64,000 bases of DNA. Origin: Caecitellus pseudoparvulus (Eukaryota; Protista; Bigyra: Bicosoecida). The position numbers and the translations under genes are program-made. Below the pieces are notes generated by a model. That model saw nothing but the letters and a program-made list of their open reading frames with translations. It made no database searches and was not told the DNA's origin. Shown in pieces: positions 48,822-61,328 of this stretch; the stretch's first letter is position 1, and each line of letters begins with the position of its first letter. The stretch covers positions 374,948-438,947 of the forward strand of contig CBFFRQ010000054.1 of assembly GCA_965644315.1 (NCBI GenBank), given 5' to 3'.

Positions 48822-50272
48822 ATGGCCGGCAAAGCCTTGAAGGTGCGTGCAAGGGCGTGCGTGCTTGACGTCTTGGGCCTTTCCACGCACACTTTTCCAT
48901 GTTCCATCCTTCCAGGCTGTTCGGGGCATGCAGGACCTGCATGGGGTTGCTGCAGGGCGTTTCGACGCTGCGCTGGCTGCGATGACGGGCGTACTGCGCA
49001 GCTGTGGCTTTGCGCGCGTGCACACGCCCATCGTGGAGCACCGCGCGACCTTCACTCGCAGCCTGGGGGCTGAGACTGACATCATCTCCAAGGTGGGCCC
49101 TGCCCCTGCCGCGCCGCGCACGCTGCAGCGCAGCACTCGCCCGCCCTGCCTGCACAGGAGATGTACAGCGTGGGCGGCAGTTCAGAGGAGTTGGTGCTGC
49201 GGCCTGAGGGCACGGCTGCGGTCCTGCGCGCGCATTTGGGAGGGGGCGGGCACCGTGGTGGCGTGGCGCGATCGTATTACGCAGGGCCCATGTTCCGCCA
49301 CGAGCGCCCCCAAGCAGGGCGTCTCCGGCAATTCACACAAGTGGGCGCAGAGGTGCTGGGCGCAGCGGGGCCGGGGGTGGACGCAGAGGTCATTGGCACA
49401 GCGTGGAGGAGCGTGCGGTGCGCCCTGGACACTCTGGCGGGGGCGCCGCACCGCCAGTGGAGGTTCTGGTGAACTCCCTCGGAACAGCGCAGGAGCGGCA
49501 GTCGTACACGGCAGACTTGGCGGTGTACTTGGCGGCGCACGCAGAGGCGCTGTCCCCTGGCTCCCGTGCCAAGCTGCAGTCTGGGCACGTGCTGGGCGTG
49601 CTGGACAGTAAGGCGCCCCAAGACGCCTCAGTGCTGGAGCACGCACCCATGCTGCCGCAGCACTGGGGCGCGGACACTTCTGCCGAGTGGGAGCAGTTGA
49701 CAGGCACACTGCAGCGGTGGGGAGTGCCCTTCCGCCACACGCCTGGCCTGGTGCGGGGCCTGGACTACTACAACGGCACGGCCTTCGAGGTGGTGGTGGC
49801 GGGTGGCAGTGGCCGCGCACTCACCCTCGCTGGTGGGGGGCGCTACGACGCCCTGGCCACGGCGCTGGGGGCGCGGGCGCCCCTGCCAGCTGTCGGGTGG
49901 GCGGCGGGGCTGGAGCGCCTGCTGGCGCTGACTGGCGGCGCAGAGAACGACGCCCCCCCCCCCTCCACACCCCTCATCACCGTCACCCCCCTGGAAGCGG
50001 CACCTGACGTGCTGGCCCTGGCACAGGACGCTGCCTTTGCCCTGCAGGGCGTCGCTGCCCAGCACGGGTGGCGCGTTGTGGCCCCAGTCACCGCCCGCAA
50101 GGCGCCCAAGGCCATCGCTGCCGCCGCCTCCGCTGGCGCCTCCGTGGCTGTGTTGGTGGGGCAGGCTGAGGCGGCAGTGGGGAGTGTCGCCTTGCGGCAC
50201 TTGCATTCCAGACAGCAGGTGACAGTGCCAGTGCACGAAGCAGAGGAGTCGCTGCAGCGCCTGCTGCGGTAG
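48822..50272 (+). CDS. hisS: Histidyl-tRNA synthetase, bacterial/organellar type (apparent frameshift ~49435)
   Basis: VRGMQDL, TPIVEH, LVLRPEGTA, MFRHERPQAGRLRQFTQVGAE, LVRGLDYY, GGGRYD and GLERL; two introns; start uncertain. Confidence 0.9.
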
Positions 50273-50292
50273 TGGGCCGGCAGCACCTCCCG

Positions 50293-51767
50293 TCAGCTGT
50301 CTGCAGCGGGCGGCGTCGCTGGTGGCGCGGGGGGGGGCGGCGCCCACAGCGCCACGGAGCTGTCTGCAGACGCGATGAGGGCGCAGGAGGGGTGCATGGC
50401 CACCGCTGTGACGGGGCCGCTGTGCTTGGCCAGCTCGCTGATGGTGAGCTTGGGGTCCACGCTGACGCCTGCGGGGGGAGAGATGGCCGACGCCTCCGCC
50501 CCCAGCGGGTACGCCGTGGGGGTCCACTTCTTGAGCTCTTGCCTGTACTCCACGTTGGCGAAGGTTTGGGCGGCCAACTCGTCGGCAGTCGGCGCCTGGG
50601 GCATCTCGTGCATGTCGTACGCCCACACCCGCCCCTGCTCATTCCCCGTGACCAGGAAGCGGCTGTCGGGCGTCATGACGCAGCCGCTGCCCGCCAGGCC
50701 GTGCGTGGAGGCGACGGTGACCTCAGGCAGGGCGTCCTTCGGGTCCTCGCACGGCGACGCGTCCAGAACAATGCAGCCGTGTTGCTCACAGGCGGCGACG
50801 AGGAAGCGGTTGTCGGCAGAGAAGGCCAGCCCCTGGAAGTGCAGGGGGCGGTGGGGGGAGGAGGCCACGCGGCTGCCGCCCTCCCGTGTGGCGATGCGGC
50901 GCGAGGCGAAGGGCGCGTGGGCGTTGCGTGCGTCGAACAAGGACACGGTGTGGTCGGGGCTGGCCACGGCGAACACTTGCCCGGAGGGGTCCACCCCCAC
51001 GCTGCCACGCCCCAGCACGCCACTGGTGACCTTCTTGCCGCGCGCCGCCTCCACGTACTTGTTCAGGCTGCCATCGGGCAGGGTGGGGGAGGGGTACGCC
51101 AGCATGCCGGTGTGGGCGCAGTTGGGGCTGCGCACGTCCCACAGGCGGAAGGTGCCGTCCAGGCTGGAGGTGAGAAAGGTGTCGCTGCCAGGTCGCATGG
51201 CGATGTCCGTCACCGTCGCGACGTGCCCCTTGAAGATGCGCACGACCTTGTTCTCGTACAGGCTGTGGTACATGAGCATGCCTGCCCAGCAGCGGTGCGA
51301 GGAGGGCGTGTGAAGCACAGCAGGTGCTTGGAGCAGCCAGTGCTTTGCACGCACCTTGCGCACGAGCGCTGTTGGTGCCGTCGTACCGCCCCGCAAAGAG
51401 GACGAACTGGGAGTGGTGTGTGAACGTCACTGCCTGGCAGCCTGATGCCTTGAAACTGTACACTGCTTCCGGCTTGCCTGTGCGTGGGCGTGGGATGAGT
51501 GCTTGGCCTGGCCGAATTTCCGCACGCTGCCCCGCCTTCCCGCGCACCGTCAGAGCTGCGAATGACCTGCACGGTGCGATCGTTGAAAGAGCCGGCCAAG
51601 TACATGCCATCATCGCTGAAGCTGAGCTTGTTGCAGCGCCGGTCCTGCGCCTGCTCCGCCTTCAGCTTGCCATTGCCGGCGTTGTGCAGGACAGCCGACG
51701 GCAGGAAGCTGCCTAGCAGCGCAGGGGTCAGGGTGACCGGCCCGCTGGACGCCGCCATGCCTGCCAT
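50293..51767 (-). CDS. WDR82: WD repeat protein 82 / Swd2 (COMPASS subunit)
   Basis: LSFSDDG, FTHHSQFVLFA and YHSLYENKVVRIFKGH...DTFLTSSLDGTFRLWDVRSPNC; introns present. Confidence 0.85.
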
Positions 51768-51854
51768 GGAGCGTGAAGTGTGCGGCACGGGGCGGAGTGG
51801 CGCCGGCGGCAGGCTCGCTTGGGCAGTGCATTTTGAAGGGGCCGTGGCAGTGTC

Positions 51855-54045
51855 TCATTTCTTGCTCGCGGCAGCAGCGGCAGCCGCGTCTAGGACAGAG
51901 TTCACCTTTGCGATGAGGGTGGCGACGACGTCGCTGTCTGCCAGCGTCGTGATGTCGCCCAGCTGGTCCGCCTCGCGGGAGGCGATCTTGCGCAGCACCC
52001 GGCGCATGATCTTACCCGAGCGAGTCTTGGGCAGGGCCTGCGTCAGGACGATGTGGTCTGGCGTGGCGAAGGGGCCGATGCCCTTGCGCACCTGCAGGCG
52101 CAGCTCGGACAGCAGGCCTGGCGTCTCCTGCACGCCCTCCACCGGCGTCACGTAGCAGCAAATGCCCTCGCCCTTGGTGCTGTGCGGGAAGCCAATCACC
52201 GCCGCCTCAGCCACGCTGTCGTGCTCCACCAGCACAGACTCGATTTCAGCGCTGCCCAGGCGGTGCCCTGACACGTTCAGCACGTCGTCCACCCGCCCCG
52301 TGATCCACAGGTACCCGTCCTTGTCCCTGTACCCGCCGTCCCCCGTGAAGTAGTACCCCGGGAACGGCTTCATGTACGTGTTCAAGTACCGCTGGTGGTC
52401 GCCGTACACGGTACGCGCCATGCCTGGCCAGATGCCTTTGACACACACCATGCCAGCCACGCTGTTACCCTGCAACTCCGCGCCCTCCTTGCTCAGCAGT
52501 GCGATGTCGATGCCAAAGAAGGGCAGCGTGGCGCTGCCGGCCTTGGTGGGGGTGGCACCGGGCAGAGGCGTCACGATGATGCCGCCCGTCTCTGTCTGCC
52601 AGTACGTGTCCACGATGGCGCACTTGCCGCCACCGACGTGGCTGTGGTACCACCTCCACGCCTCTGGGTTGATGGGCTCCCCCACGCTGCCCAGCACACG
52701 GAGAGAGGAGAGGTCTTTGCCCTCCAGGGGCTGCGTGCCGAAACGCATGAGGGCGCGGATGGCGGTGGGCGCCGTGTAGAACTGCGTCACCTTGTACTGC
52801 TGCACGAGGTCCCAGTACCGGCTGGGGCTGGGGTACGTCGGCGTGCTCTCGAACATGAGCGTGGTGGCGCCGTTGGCCAGGGGGCCATACACGATGTAGG
52901 AGTGCCCAGTAATCCAGCCACAGTCCGCCACGCACGCATACACGTCTCCTGGGCGCACGTCGAAGACGTACTTGTGCGTGAGCATGGCGTACAGGATGTA
53001 CCCCGCCTGGGTGTGGGCGACGCCCTTGGGCTTGCCAGTGGAGCCTGACGTGTACAGCAGGAACAGGGGGTCCTCCGCATCCATGGTGACGGGGGCGCAG
53101 TACGGCCGCGCCTTGGGCAGCTCCTCGCTCATCTTCACGTCCTTGGCGCCGTAGGACACCAGGTGGCTGCCCGTGTGCTGGTACACAAACACCTGCTCAA
53201 TGCAGGCACACGCCGCCACCGCCGCGTCTACAAGTCGCCTTCAGGGGGATCGTGCGCCCTCCCCGCTTGCCCTCGTCTGCCGTCATGAGCCAGCGACACT
53301 TGGCGTCCAGGATGCGGTCCCGCAAGCTGTCGGCGCTGAAACCAGCGAACACGACCGAGTGCACTGCGCCGATGCGCGCACAGGCCAGCATGGCAAAGGC
53401 GAGGTCGGGGATCATGGGCATGTAGATGGCCACCGTGTCGCCCTTGCGCACGCCGTGCGCCAGCAGCGTGTTGGCCACCTTGCACGTCTCGGCCAGCACT
53501 TGCTTGTACGTGAAGGTGCGGCTGGTGCCGGGCTCATCCCCCTCGTGGATGATGGCCACCTGGTCCCCCCGGTCGGCCAAGTGCCGGTCGATGCACTGGT
53601 GCGACACGTTCAACTGCCCACCTGCAGGAGGATGGCGAGCGTGGCATGCGCCTGGGTGCAGCACTGGGGCGCGGCGCTGGCCGCCCACCTTCGAACCAGC
53701 GCACGTCGCCCTCCATGAAGCTGCCGCCGCACGTGTCGGTGAAGTCACGGAACCAGAACAGGTTCTCGCGCGCCATGCGGGCCCAAAAGCCGGAGGGATC
53801 CGTCACGCTCTCGGCCCACAATGCCTTGTACTCCTCCATGCTCTGGGCGGTGGGCGAAGGTGTGTGAGACGGCTGCAGCGGCGTGGTGGCAGGCGGCGGC
53901 AGCACCTCACTTGAATGTGCGCACCCTCCTGCGCGTGGGGAGGAACGGCATACTTCACTGCACCATCACGCTCGTCAATGTCTCCGTCGTCCACCCGGGC
54001 CTTCTTGGCGGGGCTCTCCGCAGTGTCAGTCGCAATCGCTGCCAT
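51855..54045 (-). CDS. acs: Acetyl-CoA synthetase (AMP-forming); apparent 1-nt insertion ~53232
   Basis: WFEGG|[61 protein letters not shown] and [12 protein letters not shown]. Confidence 0.95.
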
Positions 54046-55496
54046 GCTTGCTGTCCAGCGTCCAGGTGCACTGCACCTCTGCCGGCTGCTGGCCTTTCAC
54101 TGGGCAGGTGGGAAAGGGAGGTGGGCTAAGTTGCGCTGCGGTGAATTGAATCCAGGAACTGGCCTGCTTGGAACGGCTTCTGTCTCCCTGCCCACGCCTC
54201 CTCCCGCTCCGGGGGCGCCAGCCACCCCTGCAAAGGCCAGCCAGCCCGGCTGCGTTGCGGCGGGGTGGACGGCGAGGAGTTGCAGGAGCACAGAATGTGA
54301 ACCTTGCCAAAGCCAAAACACCTCACAGCCACTAATGCAGCGCGCACGCAATAGGTGCAGATAGAGTCCCTTATTTTTAGGCTTCCACAGCCGCCAACGC
54401 CGCGTCGCCGTGCCGTTGCAAGGCGAGGAGCATCGCTCCTCAGCACCAACAGCATGCGGATTTTGAGCATTTTGCTGGGTGCCGCAGTGGTCGCCCTGCT
54501 CGCGAGCCCCACCCGTGTTAGCACGGGATGACCAAACCGACCATGTACATGCTGCATGTCTGCGTGCCTGTGTCCCCCCCACAGTGGCCGAGTCTCGCAA
54601 GTACCACTGCAAGAAGTTCGTGAAGGTGGGGCAGAAGTCTGCGCAGTGAAACGCGCCATGCAGCGATGTCAAGCAGCGAGCATTGCCCCACTTCGCAGAC
54701 TCGGCCAACTCCAAAAGTATGTGATGCACTGGAGCTTTGCGCGCCTACCCTCGCACACTGCCCGACGCGGCGCCGCCCGGCACAGGTGTTTCTGCATTTG
54801 TGACTTGGCCATGCGCAGTAGAGCCTCCTCCACTGCCTGCGCCAATGCTTGTGGAACCGTGCGTGCAGCAATGCCGCCTGTGAAGACTACAAGTCCACCA
54901 GTGCGTACGCTGCATTGGAGGAGACGACCTGCAAGCAGTACGAGTACGTGGAAGCTGGCGCCGAGGCCAACCATGAAGAACGTCTGCCGTGCTGGCTTCA
55001 AGATGGGCGGCTCCCTCGGGTGTGAGACTGGTGCGCGGGCACTGGCAGACGCCATGGAACGGGGAGGAGTGACGCCGCAGCCTACGGCAGCCGCGTTCGA
55101 GGAGGAGGTGGGCAGTGATGCCAGCGCTGACGCTGAGCCGCTGGAGGACGAAGAGGCCGCCTCGCAGCAAAGGGCGTCGATGAGGGAGTCAAGATTCAAG
55201 AGGAGGCTCCTGGAGTGGCTCTGCAGAGGAAGAACACCCAGTGAACACAGAGGGAGGGCTGTCATTCGCAGTGGGAATCAGCGTGGCCATAGCGGCCCGA
55301 TTTGCGGCAAATCTCTCATCAATATTGCTTCTGACAATTGGATTGGCGTTTTCGTTTCGTTTTCAGCGACTGCATAGCCTACCGGCGAGCAAGTTCACCC
55401 TCGAGCGTGGCCGCAGGGAGGTGTACTGCGCACTCTTCAGCTATTTGTTTGTCTTTGCGGCCCAGGCGGTGTCGCCCTTGAGAGTGCCGTGCATAG

Positions 55497-57077
55497 GTGG
55501 CTCACGTGGCTGGGAGCAGGCAGATTCCTGTCTGCACTGTTAGTGCCTTTGCGGCAGCCTCCTTGCTGTGGCGGGGAGGCTCTGCACAGTACCCAGTGCC
55601 AGACTCCCTCATTGAGTGTCCTAGCGAATTTGATCGCTCCCCGACACTCGTGTGGACACGACCGCGCTTGCGCTTGGCCACGTGGAATATGGAGTGGTGA
55701 GTTGCGTGAAATCGGCCGCTGCACCCCGGCTGCACCAGGCTCGTCATGCAGGCTGCAGGGCACGTACGGGTGCTCCTACACAGGTTTTACGACGACAAGC
55801 CCCCCTACGCAAACCGGGGCCCTCCCCATCGACGCAGCGCTTCAAGAGCGCATCAACAATTTCACGGAGGTCATGGGGCAGCTGCAGCGCCGGACGTGGA
55901 ACCTGAACGAAATCGAAGGGTGCTTCATGCTGAACCGCCTCTTCAACGGCAGCAGTCTCGCCTCTGCCGCCTTCGTGTACTCCGTCGCTGTGGGGCGCAG
56001 CGACGACACGGGCATCGGGGCAGCACTTGGGCCTGCTCAGCCGGGTTCCCGTCACGGCGCCGCCGGCCTTCTCCACCGCCCGCGCCGACATCCCCCTGAA
56101 CGACCTCCCGCTGCGGCTGGGTGGGCAGCAAGACGACGGGCGCCAGCAAGCACTACGTGGCTCAGGCGTCTGCTCCCCCTTCGGCACCATCATCCTGGGC
56201 GGCGTGCACTTCAAGTTCGCTGCCCCCAACGACCCCCTCCCGCGCCCAACGTGAGGGCCAAGCACAGGTGTTTGTGAACGCCGTGCAAGCAGCGCTGGAC
56301 GCCGCAGAGCGGCCCTGCCCACGTCGTGGTCTTTGGCGACTTCAACGACTTCCCTCAGCAACGCCGTGCCCGACGTCAGCGGCAGCCAGGCCGGCTCCTC
56401 GTGTTCTGGAGTGGGTCACGCGGCGCCTGGATCTGCGGGCCGTCGCACACACCGTGCCACAGGACGACAGGCACACGTGGGGCCCTAGCTCCTCCTTCCC
56501 GGCGTCGCAGCTGGACCACATGCTGGTGTCGCCGTCACTCTTCCGGCACCTGGCCAGCGTGGACATCTACCGTAACGCCAGCACCTTCCCCAGCCTCAGC
56601 GACCACGCCCCCATCATCGCCACCTTCACACACAGCGCCAACCGCACGGTCCCTGACCCGGCTCCCGGCCTGCAGCCTTTCTGCCCTTCCGCCCACCCTC
56701 CCGTGGCTGCGCCGCCCGCCCCAGCCTGCTCCCCAGTGCAGCCCCTCTCCAGACGCCTCCCCTCACCGCCCGCCACCCCCAGCGCATCCCCCTCCACCTC
56801 CCCAGCAGCACCCAGCGGCGGCAGCAGTGGCAAGGGCCCCGACGCTGGGGGTGTGTCTCCCCCGGTGCCACAGGCGGCATCGCCGCGGGCACGTTCCTCG
56901 TCGGCTTGGCGGTGGGGTGGTCTCGTGCACATGCTCTGCAGTCCCCGCCGCTCGGGACCACCTCCCGCACCAAACTGCCTGACACCTACCAAGGCATGGA
57001 GGCGGGCGGGGGGGTGCCAAGGGCGCTCCTCCCTGCGTGTCTGCCCGGACCGCGTGGAGCTGGTACAGCAAGCGTGA
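55497..57077 (+). CDS. Endonuclease/exonuclease/phosphatase (EEP) family protein, probably secreted or membrane-anchored; multiple frameshifts
   Basis: LRLATWNMEW, NEIEG, GVHFK, VFGDFND, QLDHMLVS and SDHAPIIATF are spread over several frames; hydrophobic N-terminus and Pro/Ser-rich stalk. Confidence 0.7.
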
Positions 57078-57168
57078 GGACTGCACCGCCCGGCCAATGC
57101 AAGTGTGCTGCTGCAGAGGGTTGCGGCGTCGTCGTGAGCCGTGCATTGGTGCGGCGACGGCAGCCGCC

Positions 57169-58698
57169 TCATCGGACCCACCCCCCATTGCCCTTCGTGA
57201 TGCTCCTGGAGGCCGTCCAAAGCCCGTCGTCGCCTGCCATGACGGGGTTGCCCTTCAGCATGACGCGGTAAATGGTGGGGATCTGCAGCAGCACCGGCGG
57301 CAGGGTTGTCAAGGCATTGCCGTTGGCCAGCACAGTCTTGAGCAGGCGAGTGCAGGATGCCAGGCCAGCCGGCAAGGTAGGTCGGGCTGGTTGGCGCCGA
57401 CGTTGAGGATTTCCAGCGCTGCCATGGCGCCGATGCCTTCTGGCAGGGCGGTGAGTTTGTTCCCCTTCAAGTTCAACGTCGTGACGGCGGTGAGCGGAGC
57501 CAGGCGCGCGTCAGCACCTCTGCCGAGCTGGCAGGAGTTCTGCAGGGGGTGCAGACCGCGTTTCGTGCAGTGTGCGGGAGCTTGGCGGTACAGGGGCGCC
57601 ATGGGGCGACGACGCACCATGTCCAACATCTTCAGCGCCGGCGCGGCTGAGCCCAAGTCAGCAGCTCCGTGAGGGGGTTCTGGTGCAGCTGCAGCTGCTC
57701 CAGCGTCGCGGCAGGGCCAGCAAGGGACGGCAGCATGACCATGGTGTTCCTGCACAGGCGGTGGTCAGTGTGTGGGGCGGTGCAGGGCTGCGGCTCGGCG
57801 TGGCGGGTGCACCTACGCAAAGGCTGCAATGCGCGTGACTGCCGTCCATTGCGACAGGTCCGGCAGTGTCTTGAGCCGGTTGTCCGCGACATTGAAGTCC
57901 AGCATGGCAGTGCACTTGAAATGGACGCCAAGGCGGATGAGGGAGTTGTTGAAGAAGTTTGCTTCTTGCAGGTGGGTGAGGCCGCCGATGTCCTCGGGCA
58001 GCGCCTTGAGCTCGTTTTTGAAGGCTATGAGGACGCTCAGGCTCGCAGCCACAGAGGGAGTCTGGCAGACTGGTCAGGCTGTTCTCACTGACATCCAGGC
58101 GCTCCTGCGTTGAGTTGAGTGTGGCCGGGTGTCGTGGCGCAGCAAGTGAGGTGCAGTGCCGCAGCAGCAGCAAGCCGCGGAGGCCAGCTGCCCTGCAACT
58201 AGTTGCGGACACGGTGAGCGGCAGCCCGCCACGGAGCCACCTCCACAGCGACTCATTAAGGCCATGCCTGTCTTCGCTGCGCCTGCAGCCTCGCCTGTCC
58301 CCGGCTCGGACACAAAGGCACGCACCAGGAGAGGGAAACGCTCCCAGCTCGGCCGGCAGCTCTGTGAGGAGTGTTTCCGCTGGCATCCAGCTCGCGGAGG
58401 GCGCTGAACACAAGCAGCCCAGGGGGGAAACGCCGCGAACTTGCCCCTTGATGCTGAGCTTGCGCACAGCGCTGACGTCGGCGCCTTGCAGTGCGCCTGG
58501 GATCTCCAAGCTCACGCCGCTGGCCGCTGACAAGTCCAGATCCCCTCCTGCCTGCGCGGCTTCCAGCGGCGAGGAGCTGCAGGCGCCTCCTGACCCACTG
58601 GCTGCCGGCTGGGCGGTGTCCTGTGCAGGGTTCTTGACAGAGGTGCCCACGCCGACAGTGCTGTCTGCTGTGGCAGCCTTGGAGCTGCCACAGCCCAT
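57169..58698 (-). CDS. Leucine-rich repeat protein with N-terminal acylation motif
   Basis: MGCGSSK start; LRR units LDASGN, LDVSENSLTSLP, FKNELKALPEDIGGL, FNVADNRLKTLP and LNLKGNKLTALPEGIG; multi-exon. Confidence 0.8.
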
Positions 58699-58842
58699 TG
58701 TGCCGGGAGCAAACCGCAGGCGGCCGCCGGCGCACTCGCGGCAGACTCGCACAATGCAAGCGATAGCGAAGACGAGCTGCTCCTCGCACATGCACACAGT
58801 TGACTGATTTGACGTTGAGACCCTACCCGTACCGCGGCAGCC

Positions 58843-59590
58843 ATGTACAGGGGCCGTGGAGGTGGGCGAGGCGGCCGAGGCGGAGGCCGGGGGCGTGGGC
58901 GTGGGCGGGCGGCGGCCGCGGGGGCTTTGGTGGCCGTGGGGGCTACGATCAGGGCCCTCCTGAGGCATGTTGGAGGGTGCGTGTGCTCGCGTGCTGGGCG
59001 CGTGGCGCGGCGGCGCCGGTGAGCTGCAGCTGCTGCACGCGTTGAATTTCCGCACCTGCAGAGGTTGGCGAGTACCAGCACGAAGCGGAGGGCGAGATGG
59101 TGTGCAACAGCACTCACGAGAAGGTGCCCTACTTCAACGCGTACATCTTCCTGGAGAACAAGACCCAGATTGGCAAGGTGGAGGAGGTCTTCGGCCCCAC
59201 CACACAGGTGGTGCGTGTTCCCGCCTGCTGGTGTGCCAGCCTTTGACCTCACCCCGACCCGTCTCCCACCCCTCGCCGCAGATGTTCACCGCCGCGCTCC
59301 AACGGCGTCGTCGCGTCCTCCTTCAAGAAGGGTGACAAGGTGTAAGACACCCCCGACAAGCTCCTGCCCATGTCTCGCTTCCTGCCCCAGCCCAAGGGCA
59401 GTGGTGGCTCCAAGGGCCGCGGTGGTGGTCGCGGTGGTCGCGGAGGTGGTCGCGGTGGAGGTCGCGGCCGTGGTGGTCGTGGTGGCGGCTTTGGTGGCCG
59501 TGGTCGCGGTGGCTTCGGTGGGGCGCGGTGGTGGCCGCGGGCGGGGTGGTGGCTTCGGCGGAAGCCGGCCGTGGTCGAGGCCGCTACTAA
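58843..59590 (+). CDS. GAR1: H/ACA snoRNP subunit GAR1 (frameshifted in this assembly)
   Basis: RGG-rich termini flank [42 protein letters not shown] and [13 protein letters not shown]. Confidence 0.92.
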
Positions 59591-59779
59591 GCCCCCCCCC
59601 TCCACCTCCCAAGCACAGTGTGCCGCAGACCCTCCCGTCAGGGTGGTTGAGCACCCCAAGCCACTCGCCAGGCACACGGGAACGACGGCCACACACGCCG
59701 CAGTGGCTTCCCACCCCCTGTGGCAAGGCCACAGTGGCTTCCTGCCCGCCCAGCTGAAGAATGCACCGCCCTCGCCCTG

Positions 59780-61008
59780 CTCAGCCGTCGCCACTGCCAC
59801 CCCCTGCCCTCGCCCTCGCTGTGCGAGTCTGTGTCTGACAGGGTGATGACACCCCCCTCCCCCCTCTGCCAGAGCCGCTGACACGCTCGCCGGTGGGGTC
59901 CGAGGTCCCCCCTCCTCCTCCTCCGCCGAGGCACAGGCGTCAGGGGGCTGTGGTGGCACGCCCCCTCGCCCTCCACTGAGCTACAGGGGGCATGCCCACC
60001 ACTGCTCGCTTGGCATTGGATGCCAGCGCACTGCCGGCACCGGCCTGGGAGAAGGCGTGTGCAGCACATCCAACAGACGGCGCACTTTGGCCTCTCCCAG
60101 CCCCGGGCACGCACGCAGGGCGGCAGGGCTGGCCGGCCACAGCGCCTGCCACAGAGGTCGTGTTCAGCAGCGTCAGCGCGTCGGTTTTGTTCACGCCCCG
60201 CACCCTACCCAGGGCGCCTTGCACCGTTGCCACGAAGCCCTTCGAGGCCTTGGGCTTGATGGTCACCATGCCTTTCTTCTCGTACGCCTTGTATGTCTCC
60301 AGGTACCTGACGTGGCGCGCGTGTGCGCAGTGTGGTCCACGCGCTGACCCACAACGCTGCGCTGACCGGAGTGACTCACCGAGCTGACTCCGCCGCTGAC
60401 CACGTCACTATGGCGGTGAAATCATTCAGCACAGCCTGGTGACACAGCTCTTTGCAAGGGGTGAGTGCTGTCATCCACATCAATCTGCGCACTCAGGTGG
60501 GGGCGGTGCGGAGAGCGTGACATGTGTGTGGCCACCGCTCACCGCACCTGGATCAGCAGCACACGCAGTTGAAACTCCGAACGCAAGCTCATCATGCGTT
60601 TGAAGGCATACTGTGGGTGCAGCAAGTGGTACCGATGGAGATGAAGAGGGCGGCAGAGGTGGGGCTCAAGATGAAGTCGGGCTTGATGTCAGCGTACTCC
60701 CACGCCACCTGGCGAACATGGACAAGAGGGGGTTGCCCTGCTGTCGGCGTGCGACGAGTAGATTTGCACCAGAGCCCACGGCATGTAGGGGAGTGGCGGG
60801 CGGGGGTCTCCGCCCGCCACGGGGCTGGTGCTGGCACAAGTGCTGGCGCAGGTGTTGGCGCCAACGAGGCTCAGGCAGCGGCTGCGCGACGGCGCCAAAC
60901 GCCGCTGCGAAGCCGCTGGACTGAGCAGGATCCGAACGGCGGCAATGACGGCTGCACTCGCCGCTCCTCTGCAGCAGCCTCAGCCGCCTCCAGGTCTGGA
61001 ATGTCCAT
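59780..61008 (-). CDS. ERCC1: DNA excision repair protein ERCC1/Rad10 (frameshifted; 3' end approximate)
   Basis: HVRQVAWEYADIKPDFIL, YHLLHPQY, LRVLLIQV, WSAAESAR|YLETYKAYEKK and HhH VRGVNKTDALTLL. Confidence 0.85.
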
Positions 61009-61328
61009 GGTCAGGCCTCGTGCACCGGTGGCCCGAGTACTACCGCAACGCAGCGCCACTTGTCGCCCTGCACAGCAGTCAGGGCGAGTGGGAGTAGAGT
61101 CCGTCTGACGCAATATGGAGGGAAAGGGTCGTGCCGAGACCAGGCAGCTTCCGGAGGCTGCCGCAGATTGCGAGTGCGTTTGGTTTTGGCCGGCTCGCTT
61201 CTCCAGCGAGGCTGGCTCGCGTCCAAGTGCCGCGGAGCACCAACCGCCGCCGCCTCGGCATTGCAGCCCCGAACCCCAGCCAACACAGCGCTGTCACTGC
61301 ACGCGTCAGGAACCAACTTGACGCAGGC

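Noticed and set aside
49400-53260. Programmed ribosomal frameshifting in HisRS and ACS
   Set aside because: No canonical slippery heptamer; single indels in short homopolymers restore the frame, and many neighbouring genes show the same defect.
55650-56640. LINE retrotransposon endonuclease
   Set aside because: No reverse transcriptase follows, and the signal-like N-terminus and stalk fit a cellular EEP enzyme.
59395-59585. GGT/CGC-rich microsatellite as a separate element
   Set aside because: It is explained by the GAR1 RGG domain.
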